A stretch of 64,000 nt of DNA from Zygnema circumcarinatum SAG 698-1b (lineage: Eukaryota > Plantae > Zygnematophyceae): NCBI GenBank assembly GCA_037447605.1, contig CM074815.1, forward strand, positions 372,001 to 436,000, in the 5' to 3' direction. The translations under genes were made by a program, and so were the position numbers. This document shows positions 52,301 through 64,000 of this stretch, in pieces. The stretch's first letter is position 1. Every line of letters begins with the position of its first letter. The notes beneath the pieces were generated by a model that saw nothing but the letters and a program-made list of their open reading frames with translations, made no database searches and was not told where the DNA came from.

Positions 52301-52615
52301 ACTCAGCCCAGTTAGACAAAGATTTCAGTGAGAAGACAATTTCATTGTAATGACATTCCCCAGCCAACCGCTGGCTGGGGTGAGNNNNNNNNNNCTTTGC
52401 GCATCAAGTCCAGCCGCCGGTGGGAACGTCTTCAGAATCCCTACGTCTTCCGCTGCGCGTACCTCTGAATCCCCCGGATCCTGGCTCTATGCTGCAGGCA
52501 GACCCACAGAACCAACCCAACCCTTCATTAGTTTCAGCACGGACGCGCGAGTGGCCGTACAGCACCTGCAGCTAGCTCAGCAGTCTTTGTTTAACCCCAC
52601 TTATCTTGTGCTACA
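46383..52615 (+). mobile_element. Ty3/gypsy LTR retrotransposon; frames broken, 5' LTR truncated by a gap
   Basis: TGTAGC...GCTACA termini with CCAT TSD; LTR similarity 46450-46610 vs 51830-51995. Gag CCHC (CTFCQITGHDARVC), protease (ILLGSDWL), RT (PWASPAV..KPDGTLRFCGDYRKLN), RNase H (YSPTEGEAAAILWALEKF..RTDH), integrase (DRYTKW..HSDNGTEY) in gypsy order. Confidence 0.92.
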
Positions 52616-55383
52616 CCATTGAGAGTACGGATTCTGAGTCGAAGTGTACGATCAGCTCTCAAGTACTGTACTCCACGGTCTTCATTTTGGACCGCCTTTA
52701 TTACCGCGCCGACGAAACGTCGGCATCGATACGCCAAACTGTCAGAAGCCACCGCCCGCCGACAGTTTTTACCAGCGCAGGTGGCATCTGGCAATACTTT
52801 GTCGGTCAATACGGTAGCCCGTTTTGTCGTTTTTATGACATCGTGAGACAGCGTGATATTGCCCGCGTATCGGTTGTAAACGTTCGCCGGCGAGTGAATT
52901 AGCCGTCCAAAATCGTCTGGAGCAAAGTTGCCGGTGTCGGCACTTTTTCTGTCGGCCAGATCCGATACAACGGCGATGCCGCGATATGTGTCGGCTTCCC
53001 CCCAAAGGACAAGTTGGTGCTCGCCACAAGTGGCCGACATTTTTGCAAATTGTCGGTGGCTCCGGATTGGCCGGCAGAGACCGTACCGGCATAATCCGAC
53101 AAAATTTGTACATACAGTACAGTATTAAGAAGCAGCCACCACGTCAGCCGCTTAGGAGGTGACTGACCTTCCAGAGATGCCGGAGCCGTATGGTCATAGG
53201 GCAAGTCCCGACAAAATGCGCTTGGCTGGAGGGTGGGGCTAGATCCGCGGAATCGTACGGCCGTGTGTGAATGGGTCACCGACAATTCAAGGAACTTTGT
53301 TGACGTGTTAAACGGGACATTTTTGGTCGTGTACAAGTACACGACTCTAGCGATGCCCAAGAGGCATCAACCGTACATTATGACGTACACTTGTGTACGT
53401 CATAATGTACGGCTGATTCGGTACATTCTGCTGTCCGATGTCGATATGACGTTTCTCGATATGCCGATATTCAATATGAAGATATTCGATATGCGGTCGT
53501 CTTCTTTGTCGTCTTGCGACGCCCATTGACAAATGTCCAATGCGACAAATCGTGCCATTCGTCTTCCTTCTGATTGGCCAAAGGTTTTCGTACGGCTCTA
53601 CGGACATTCCCTCAGGTACACTAAATCCAGCCAGCATCCTGAAATTGACTCACCGACATTCATATGTTGTCGTTTAGCAACGTCCGGTCCGCCTCCAGAT
53701 TCTGGGATGGATTAGTTACGATTATATATTATATATTATATTATACAACTGTGACGAATAGATAACGGCGGATATATATTAATTTACAACGCCTTTACAA
53801 CATGTACGTTCATACGGTCGTACGACTGTACGGTATTATGCGGCCCGAGCACGAGCAGACAGAAAACCAGACGAACGCATTTCGCAACGCCAACGCCAAA
53901 ACGACCTAATTTTGGTATGGTACGACCGTACGACCGTACAGTAGTACGGTCGATAATTGTTCAAAACAAGTGGGTATAATATATGTAATAAACTGTTTTA
54001 CTTTGTAATATATTACTAATATGCCGTTGTAAATTATATAATATATTCGGAATTTATAACGCGGGCCATCCCTACTCCAGAACCACTCCATGCCTAAGCT
54101 TGCAAAATAAGACAAAACCTGCCGCCCTGGTGCACATGGCCCAAGTGGCCCAGCTTTGGGGGGACGTGCCACGTGGCAGTCAAACAAGGTGGTCACTGGC
54201 CTCTGATTGGCCGCAGCTTTTTGGCGGACGCGCCCGAATCCGACACGGCCGGACCCACCATTTTTGTTTTTCTCTATCCACGTGGCTTACTCTCATTGGT
54301 GTGAACCCCTTCGAAATTTCCAGTCCAGCGAAATTTCGAAGTTGAAACTTGGTTTTTCTGAGAACCGCAGGTTTGCAAACTTGGCTCGTCCGGTTTCCCA
54401 CTCCGGAGATTTCAGGGTTTTTAGGGATTTACGGATTTAGGGGTTTTTCGGGTTAGGGATTTAGGGTTTTAGAGTTTTTAGGGTTTTCAGTTAAGAAGGC
54501 AGAGCAGGAAAGACGACGTGATTTTTCTTTTTCCTTTTTGCTCAAAGCAGCTTTTTCCTTTGATTCTGGATTATTGATGATGGAAAAGGTCATACTTGAG
54601 CATATTTTTCAACAGCAACTTACCCGAAAAACCCTAAAAATCCTAAAAACCCTAAAAACCTTAAAAATCCTAAAAACCCTAGAAACCCTAAAAACCCTCA
54701 GAGAAAAAACTGATCTTGATTTCTTATTAAAGAAATACAATTGCACGCCCATCGATTTTCACACCTGCTGTTAAAGAGACTTCGCTACCCCCACGTCCTT
54801 TTTCTTTTTGGAAAAAATGGCCAATGGTCCCCTTTCCCTTTTATGGGGAGGGAGGGAGAGAGAGAGAGTGAGAGAGAGGGAGAAAGAGGATGGAGAGAAG
54901 GGGAGCGAGAGTGAGAGGGAGAGGAAGAGAGCGAGTGACAGAGAGAGAGGGAGAGAGAGCGGGAGAGAGAGAGGGGGGGAAAGATGGAGAGGGAGAGAGA
55001 GAGATGGACAGAGAGAGATGGACAGTAAGAGTGGGGAGAGAGTGAGTGAGAGAGAGAGAAAACGGCAGAGAGAGAGAAAGAGAGTGAGAATGGGGCTGAG
55101 GAAGGAGAGGGAGAGAAGGAGACGAGAGAGAGAGAGTCATCACCCTTATTCTTCTTTTTTCTTTAAGGTTCAAATGTTTGTATTAGCCATACCAATAATG
55201 AATGAAAAGTTACCCCCCTCCAGTTTCCTTCCTTTGAGAGGGAGAGAGAGCCCTTTGACCTTTTGACCTTTGCTAAAACGAACCCTAAACATCACAATGA
55301 AGAGTTTAAATTAAGGCTTTTGGTGTCCCCATCTTTGGTGTGTTTTTTGGGGGGAGGGGGGGGGAGGGGGAAATGAGAGCAAG

Positions 55384-55444
<61 letters not shown>

Positions 55445-55800
55445 GACAGGGAGACTGAAAGGGAGAGAGGCGGCGAGGGAGAGGGAGAGCGAGAGTGAGA
55501 GAGAGGGAGGGAGAGGGAGAGAGGCAGAGGGAGAAATGGAGAGAGAGAGTCTACGAGGGAGAGAGGAAGAGTGAGAGAGAGAGAGATGGAGAGAGACTGA
55601 GAAGGAGCGACTGAGACGGAGAGAGGCAGAGCGAGATCGCGACAAAGAGAGAAAGAGAGAGAGAGAGAGACAGAGAGAGAGATACTGAGAGAGGGAGAGA
55701 GGCAGAGAGAGAGCGCGACAGAGACATAAAGAGAGTGAGTGAGAGAAACAGAGAGAGAGAGATACTGAGAGAGGGAGAGAGGCAGAGAGAGAGATGGGGC

Positions 55801-58800
55801 CTATTTTCCTTTGAGGTCGCTCTTTGGAGGCCATAGGAAGCATCCGAGAAGGTTCCCGAGCCCTCTCCCTCGGTCCACGAGGGAGTGGCCGTACAGCGTT
55901 CGAACCAACGCTTGCTGAAATCGATACCCCGCGGGGGAGACCGGGTACTGCCACCACACACGGCCCAATACCCCGCAATTGACTTGACGTAAATAGCAAA
56001 TCGGGACACGTCTCACTCTCTCTCTCACTCTCTCTCTCACCCTCTCTCTCTCTCTCTCTCTGTCTGTGTCTCTCTCTCTCTCTCACTCTCTCTCTCTCAC
56101 TCTCACGTTCTCTCTCTCTTTCTCTCTCACTCTCTCTCTCTCTTTCTCTCTCACTCTCTCTCTTTTTCTCTCGGCCAGCCTATACCCCACTCGCTCTCCC
56201 TCCCCTCACCCACTCTCTCTCCCTCTCCCTCACCATCTCCTACTCCCAATTCCTCGCTCCCCCCACACTACCTCTCCTCTACTTATCTTCTTCAACGCTC
56301 TCTCTCTCACAGCCTCTCTCCCTCTCTCCCACTCTCTCTCTCTCCCTCTCTCTCTCGTCTCCCCTCGTCCCCTTCTGTCCTACTCTCGACCATAGAATAG
56401 CAATCAACCAAACATGCAGACCCTGTCGAATCAGTTTCCTGTAAACAAACTTCTACCCCATTTGTACCCCATCTCCACCCACTTTAACCCAAATTTCTAC
56501 CCCAAATAGACCCTACTTGTACCCTATAAGCACACAATTCCAACTTTCCATTTGAACCCAACTCATACCCCATTCGAACCCTTCCGTTTGTACCCCTTTT
56601 TAACCCCCCTTCGATCCAAACGACTACATTAGAACATAATATAGAACACACATTCTATTTTTCATTCTTATTTATTCCTTTTATATATATATATATATAT
56701 ATATACATATATATATACATATAACCCTAAACCCTGAACCCTGAAACCTGAACCCTAAACCCTAGCCCTAAACCCTAAACCCTAAACCCTAAACCCTAAA
56801 ACCCTAAAAACCCTAAAAACACACATATATATATTATAATGTATATATTCACCTGCAAGATTTTAGGAATGTGGGTTTTAAGAAAGGTCCATTTGTCCTC
56901 CTGTACGGCCTTCACATAGCAGCACCCGCGCAGCCCCTCTACGCCGCCGAACCTTCCAAACCCGCTCTCCTTCACTCCGCCGAACGGCAGAGACTGAAAA
57001 AAAATGTACACATAGAAACGCAGTTAATGGCAGTTAATGGCAGTTAATGGGAAACACTAATTTCGTACCTTTGTTTTTAACATTTCCAGTCTGGAAATTG
57101 TGCTGTTTTTCGCACACTTTCCTGCAAACCGAAAGGGATATCCGATGCATGCATTCCTTTCAAAGGGAGTTTTTGGAAACTGAGAATGAGATGGAATGGG
57201 CCGCCTCTCTCTGCCTTCCACACACCTTCGTCTTCTTCTACAACTCCATCTCCCTGCCTACCAGCCCCTCCTCTCTCCATCAACAACTCCCCCTCTCCTC
57301 TCTGCCTTTCTCCCTCTCCCTCACCCTACCCCTCCTTCCTCTGTCCATCTCCCCCCTCTCCCCTCCTCTCTCCCCTCCCCTCTCCCCTCCCCACTCCCTC
57401 TCGCTCCCTCTCCCTCCCTCTCCCTCTCCCTCCTCTCTCCCTCCCTCCCTCTCCCTCCCTCCCTCCCTCTCCCTCCCCTCTCCTCCCTCTCCCTCTCTCT
57501 CCCTCCCTCTCCCTCCCTCTCCCTCCTCTCCCTCTCCCTCCCTCTCCCTCCCTCCCTCTCCCTCCCTCCCTCTCCCTCTCCCTCCCTCTCCCTCCCTCCC
57601 TCCCTCTCCCTCTCCCTCTCCCGCTCCCTCTTTCCCTCTCCTCCCTGTCCCTCTCCCTCCCCTCTCCCTCTCCCTCCCCCCCTCTCCCTCCCCTCTCCCT
57701 CCCCTCCATCCGACCCCTTACTTGGCTCATATACGTAGTCGCAAAGTCATTAATCGACACCATTCCGCAGTGCAGAGCCGCCGCGATCTGATTGGCTCGT
57801 TTCGGGCTGCCCGAAAAAACCGACGCCCCGAGGCCAAACGCGCTCTCATTGGCCAATCGGACGGCCTCCTCGTCGCTCTCCACACGTGTGATCGCCATGA
57901 TTGGCCCAAAGACCTGCCCGAAAAAATAGGGCAGAAACGAAAAAATAANNNNNNNNNNNNNNNNNNNNNNNNNNNNNNNNNNNNNNNNNNNNNNNNNNNN
58001 NNNNNNNNNNNNNNNNNNNNNNNNNNNNNNNNNNNNNNNNNNNNNNNNGGAGGGAGGGAGGAGGAGGGAGAAAGAGAGGGAGGGGGGGGGTGGAGGGAGG
58101 GGTCTCTGTCAGACTCTCTCCCTCTCTCTCTCGATCTGTGCATCAGTGAAACCACAAACGCCAAAAAGCTCTTGCGAAGCACAAAGGTCCTCCATGTCGG
58201 ACAAATATGGACGATACAAGCACAACAAGTCTTATTTATTTATTTATTTTTTATTTTTTGTTTCTCCTTACCTGCTCCAAATCCGCATCTTCGCAGACAA
58301 TGAAGGCGTCCTTCCCTCCGAGCTCCAACACGACAGGTGTCAGCGTCCTAGAGGCTGCCTCCATCACCTGCTTGCAATCGCCGCTCAGGGATTGGTTGGG
58401 TGTGAGAGAGGCAGAGAAGAGAAAGAGGGAGAGAGAACTTACGGAAAAGGGGGAAGGAGAGAAGGAAAGGGGGTGAAACGGGAAATGGGGGAGAGGGAGA
58501 GAGAGTTTGAGAGAGAGTTAGAGATAGAGAAAGAGAGTGTGTGTGAGAGAGTAAACACAGGACAAAACTCTACCGTTCAAATTTTAAACGATTAGTAATA
58601 CCCAAGAAGAAATCGATGGATGTAAGAGTGGGAAGGAATTGAACCTTTCTTCCGACCGCCGTTGAGCCCACAAAAGTGAGTTTATCGATGCCGCTGTTCA
58701 CAAGGGCTTCTCCTGTTTCTCCGTACCTGGATTTACCAAAAAAAAAAAAAAACCATATAATGTCTATACATGAAATAAGAAAAGGCAAAATCAAATAACG

Positions 58801-61800
58801 TTCAAAGTCGATTAGGATCGAAGAAGTTGGAATGGTAAATGGAATGAAATGGAATATAATGGAATGGAAATGAAATACAAGGAATGGAATGAAATATAAT
58901 GGAATGGAAATGGAATATGAAGGGAATGGCAATGGAATATAATGGAATGGAAATGGAATGAAGGAATGGAATGGAAATATAATGGAATGGAAATGGAAAT
59001 ATGAAGGGAATGGAATGGAACAGGAATGAACGGAACTGAACAGAATGGAACGGAAACGGAGCAGAATGGAACGGAAACGGAACGGAACGGAAAGGAAACG
59101 GAACAGAATGGAACGGCAACGGAACAGAACGGAACGGAAACGGAACGGAAACGGAACGGAAACGGAACGGAAACGGAAGGAAACGAAACAGAACGGAACG
59201 GAAACGGAACGGAAATGGAAGGAAACGGAACAGAACGGAACGGAAACGGGAACGGAACGAGAACGGAGGACGGAACGGAAAACGGAGCGGAGCCGCATGG
59301 ACCCACCCAGTAATGATGAGAACGAGATTTTCCGGCGCCCCCGCCAGTCTCAGCGCCTCCTTTATTATGAGACGGAAATAAATGGCTGACCAGCTCGCAT
59401 GCTCCGATACCTGGAAAGATCGGAAAATTAGGTTAAGGAAAGAATGCAGATGAATAAGAAAAAGGAAAAGTTGGGGCACTTTACTAAGACAAAAATGATG
59501 ATAAGAAAGGCTGGCAAGAAGGGTGAGTGGCGAGACAGGACTCCGAATCGCAGTGCATGTGAGTTCCCTCCCCGTCCTCCCTCCCTCTCCCTCGCTCTCT
59601 CTATCGCCCTTCCACTTCTCTCTCTCTCACAAGTCTCCTTTGCACCCTCTCTCTCCCTCTCCGCTCTCTGACCCTCCCCTCTCTCTCTCCCACAAGTCTC
59701 CTTTGCAGTCTCCTCTCTCCCTCTCCTCTCTCTGTCCCTCCCCTCTCTCTCTCTCCCTCTCGCTCTCTCTCTCTCTCTCTCTCCCCCACCTTGATGACAA
59801 TGGCGTTCCCTGCGAAGACGGCGGCGAGCATGGGGTTGAATACGTTGTGGAAGGGGTAGTTCCACGGCACAACGGCGGCAGTTACGCCCAACGGATGGAA
59901 CTCCACGCGCGCCCTCTTGTGGGCCATCATCCGCCCGACCGACCTGCGCGGTAACGGAACACGGGAACGGAAACAGTAACGGGACACAGGAACGGAAAGG
60001 GTCAAACGGAAACAGTAACGGGACACAGGAACGAAAAGGGTCAAACGGAAACAGTAACGGAACACGGGAACGGAAAGGGTCAAACGGAAACAGGGTCAAA
60101 CGGAAACAGTAACGGAACACAGGAACGGAAAGGGTCAAACGGAAACAGTAACGGAACACAGGAACGGAAAGGGTCAAACGGAAACAGTAACGGAACACAG
60201 TAACGGAAAGGGTCAAACGGAAACAGTAACGGAACACAGGAACGGAAAGGGTCAAACGGAAACAGTAACGGAACACAGTAACGGAAAGGGTCAAACGGAA
60301 ACAGTAACGGAACAGAACGGAACACAGGAAACAGAAAGGGTCAAACGGAAACAGTAACGGAACACAGGAACGGAAAGGGTCAAACGGAAACAGTAACGGG
60401 ACACAGTAACGGAAAGGGTCAAACGGAAACAGTAACGGAACACAGGAACGGAAAGGGTCAAACGGAAACAGTTACGGAACACAGGAACGGAAAGGGTCAA
60501 ACGGAAACAGTAACGGGACACAGTAACGGAAAGGGTCAAACGGAAACAGTAACGGAACACAGTAATGGAAAGGGTCAAACGGAAACAGTAACGGAAACAG
60601 TAACGGAAATAGTAACGGAAACAGTAACGGAAAAGGGTCAAATGGAAACAGTAACGGAACACAGTAACGGAACACAGGAACGGAAAGGGTCAAACGGAAA
60701 CAGTAACGGAACACAGTAATGGAAAGGGTCAAACGGAAACAGTAACGGAAACAGTAACGGAAATAGTAACGGAAACAGTAACGGAAAAGGGTCAAATGGA
60801 AACAGTAACGGAACACAGTAACGGAAAGGGTCAAACGGAAACAGTAACGGAACACGGGAACGGAAAGGGTCAAACAGAAACAGTAACGGAACACAATAAC
60901 GGAAAGGGTCAAACGGAAACAGTAACGGGACACAGGAACGAAAAGGGTCAAACGGAAACAGTAACGGAACACAATAACGGAAAGGGTCAAACGGAAACAG
61001 TAACGGAACACAGGAACGGAAAGGGTCAAAAACGGAACACAGGAACGGAAAGGGTCAAACGGAAACAGTAACGGAACACAGGAACGGAAAGGGTCAAACG
61101 GAAACAGTAACGGAACACAGGAACGGAAAGGGTCAAACGGAAACAGTAACGGAACACAGGAACGGAAAGGGTCAAACGGAAACAGTAACGGGACACAGTA
61201 ACGGAAAGGGTCAAACGGAAACAGTAACGGAAACAGTAACGGAAATAGTAACGGAAACAGTAACGGAAAAGGGTCAAATGGAAACAGTAACGGAACACAG
61301 TAACGGAAAGGGTCAAACGGAAACAGTAACGGAAACAGTAACGGGAAGGGTCAAACGGAAACAGTAACGGAACACAGTAACGGAAAGGGGAAACAGTAAC
61401 GGAAACAGTAACGGAAACAGTAGTTACGGAAACAGTAACGGAAAGGGTCAAACGGAAACAGTAACGGAACACAGTAACGGGAAGGGTCAAACGGAAACAG
61501 TAACGGAAACAGTAACGGAAAGGGTCAAACGGAAACAGAAACGGAAACAGAAACGGAAACAGTAACGGGACACAGGAACAGAAAGGGTCAAACGGAAACA
61601 GTAACGGGACACAGGAACGGAAAGGGTCAAACGGAAACAGTAACGGAACACAGTAACGGAAAGGGTCAAACAGAAACAGTAACGGAACACGGGAACGGAA
61701 AGGGTCAAACGGAAACAGTAACGGGACACAGGAATGGAAAGGGTCAAACGGAAACAGTAACGGAACACAAGAACGGAAAGGGTCAAACGGAAACAGTAAC

Positions 61801-63826
61801 GGAACACAGGAACGGAAAGGGTCAAACGGAAACAGTAACGGAACACAGGAACGGAAAGGGTCAAACGGAAACAGTAACGGGACACAGTAACGGAAAGGGT
61901 CAAACGGAAACAGTAACGGAACACAGTAACGGAAAGGGTCAACGGAAACAGTAACGGAACACAGTAACGGGAAGGGTCAAACGGAAACAGTAACGGAACA
62001 CAGGAACGGAAAGGGTCAAACGGAAACAGTAACGGAACACAGTAATGGAAAGGGTCAAACGGAAACAGTAACGGAAACAGTAACGGAAATAGTAACGGAA
62101 ACAGTAACGGAAAGTAACGGAACACAGTAACGGAAAGGGTCAAACGGAAACAGTAACGGAAACAGTAACGGGAAGGGTCAAACGGAAACAGTAACGGAAC
62201 ACAGTAACGGAAAGGGTCAAACGGAAACAGTAACGGAAACAGTAACGGGAAGGGTCAAACGGAAACAGTTACGGAACACAGTAACGGAAAGGGTCAAACG
62301 GAAACAGTAATGGAACACAGTAACGGGAAGGGTCAAACGGAAACAGTAACGGAAACAGTAACGGAAAGGGTCAAACGGAAACAGTAACGGAACACAATAA
62401 CGGGAAGGGTCAAACGGAAACAGTAACGGAAACAGTAACAGAACACAGTAACGGAAAGGGTCAAACGGAAACAGTAACGGAAACAGTAACGGAAACAGTA
62501 ACGGAAACAGTAACGGAAATAGTAACGGAACACAGTAACGGGAACAGTAACGGAAATAGTAACGGAAACGGTAACGGAGAGGGTCAAACGGAAACAGTAA
62601 CGGAAATAGTAACGGAACACAGTAACGGAAAGGGTCAAACGGAAACAGTAACGGAAACAGTAACGGAAATAGTAACGGAAACAGTAACGGAAAGGGTCAA
62701 ACGGAAACAGAAACGGAAACAGTAACGGAAACAGTAACGGAAAGGGTCAAACGGAAACAGTAACGGAAATAGTAACGGAAACAGTAACGGCGAGGGTCAA
62801 ACGGAAACAGAAACGGAAACAGTAACGGAAAGGGTCATAGGAGATTGTGGCGTTATAAGGTCTTTATGGTTTGCTTTGGACCAAAAAAAATCGCTTTCTT
62901 GTTTTATTTATTTTTTTTTCTGAAAAAAAAAAAAGAACTCGTTTACCTGCGTTCCGGTCGGAGCCACTTCTCTCCCTCGCTGAGAAGCCACGAAATCTTT
63001 TCGCAGGTCGTGAAAATTTCTCCGAATTCGGCATCAATTTTTGTTTTTCCCGAGTCCTGGGCAGCCACACTGCAACTCGAAAAAAAAAAAAAAAGCAACA
63101 ACAACGTAAAACATTGACATTTTAAAACCCTAAAGTTAATCCCACTGTTGGGAGTTTAGGGTTTCAAAAACCCTAACACCCTGAAATCCCAATTAAGCTC
63201 GATCCCTACAAAAACCCAATAGACTCCAGAATTTAAAACCCTAATTTTGAATGTACGGCCAAAACCCAAAATCTGACGCATCAGATGTTGACCTAAAACT
63301 CTAAAATCGGTATCTCCCAAACAAGGAGTATATATATATATACATATATAAATAAACGTATAATGTATGAAGGGAACCGGGGGGGGGGGGGGGGGGGGGG
63401 NNNNNNNNNNACCGTACTGGCAAATAGTCTCCTGATTGTTGACAATATACTTTTGAAGAATTTTTAAAAATTTTCTCCGCTGCGAAAATGGGCTCAAAGC
63501 CCAAATTTTCTGCGCCTCTCGAGCCAGCCGCACGTGCTCCCTCACCTGCCCGCCCGGAAAAACAAAAAAAATAAAAAACATCGCAGAAATAATTACTTTC
63601 ACGCCCTTCCCCTCAATTGAAAAGGAAAAAACGAAACTCCACCTTCGGTTTGTCAATTTCCTGCAAGTCCCACTTTCCATCAACACACATTCTTGCTTCT
63701 GACTGACTGACTGACTGACTGACTAACTTGGTCGGGTGCGAGCGCGGGCACGAATCCGAGGTAGCGCATCGACGCGGGGTCGTAGCACTGCACGCGGTCG
63801 CCCAATAGGGGGCCGCGCCGGGGGAT
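55801..63826 (-). CDS. ALDH22A1: Aldehyde dehydrogenase family 22; 5' end outside the window, middle exons in the N gap
   Basis: Exons ~63826-63728, 63546-63416, 63069-62947, 59944-59790, 59411-59307, 58727-58645, 58368-58272, [gap], 57913-57722, 56994-56854, 55947-55801. [75 protein letters not shown]. Confidence 0.92.
56723..56820. repeat. (CCCTAAA)n array next to a (TA)n tract in the last ALDH22 intron
   Basis: aaccctaaaccctgaaccct...; ~30 nt from the donor site. Confidence 0.85.
58828..59292. repeat. (GGAAT)n grading into (GGAAC)n satellite in an ALDH22 intron
   Basis: Pentamer periodicity with a T-to-C shift near 59025. Confidence 0.9.
59950..62837. repeat. 2.9 kb intronic minisatellite, ~39 bp unit built from 12-14 bp modules
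   Basis: ggaaagggtcaaac + ggaaacagtaac + ggaacacag(g/t)aac repeated in variable order. Confidence 0.95.
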
Positions 63827-63847
63827 CTGGACACAACACACAAGGTA

Positions 63848-64000
63848 TATATACACCCCATTTGTACCCGATTAGGGGAGGGAGGGCCAATTGCACTATA
63901 CTATACACCCCATTTGTACCCAATTAGGGGAGGGAGGGCCAATTGCACTATACTATACACCCCATTTGTACCCAATTAGGGGAGGGAGGGCCAATTGCAC
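63848..64000. repeat. ~52 bp tandem repeat (3 or more copies, runs off the window)
   Basis: tatacaccccatttgtacccaattaggggagggagggccaattgcactatac. Confidence 0.9.

Noticed and set aside
54574-54715. C/D snoRNA (TGATGA...CTGA) or telomerase RNA
   Set aside because: Only short box matches; no recognisable antisense element, terminal stem or USE/TATA arrangement. Kept only as an orphan-promoter finding
57914-58271. ALDH22 pseudogenisation (catalytic Cys exon not found), likewise the missing SUB1-like segment near 40174
   Set aside because: Both missing parts coincide with assembly N gaps
59950-62837. CRISPR-like periodicity and repetitive [11 protein letters not shown] ORFs
   Set aside because: No unique spacers, no cas genes, eukaryotic intron: a minisatellite

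Overview
Eukaryotic nuclear DNA from a draft scaffold (many 10-N gaps, one ~100-N gap). Gene content (ClpP3, PPR4, plastid RPL10, YCF37-like, DUF3143, ALDH22A1, SUB1-like) and TTTAGGG repeats point to a streptophyte, plausibly an alga (inference). I reconstructed 11 protein-coding genes by hand, mostly spliced: a divergent BOR/SLC4 transporter, DUF3143, a DnaJ-like zinc finger, YCF37-like, ClpP3, a Crypton/Ndc10-like protein, PPR4, RPL10, mTERF, SUB1-like and a partial ALDH22. The window also holds a Ty3/gypsy LTR retrotransposon with a target-site duplication (TSD), two nested foldback DNA elements, two MITE families, and introns full of GA/CT tracts, telomere-like arrays and minisatellites. 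The most novel item is an intact 7-exon gene (17581-20964, minus) with a Crypton/Ndc10-type tyrosine-recombinase fold whose catalytic H-x-x-R and Tyr appear substituted, making it a candidate domesticated DNA-binding protein. Family assignments are from remembered motifs, not database searches.
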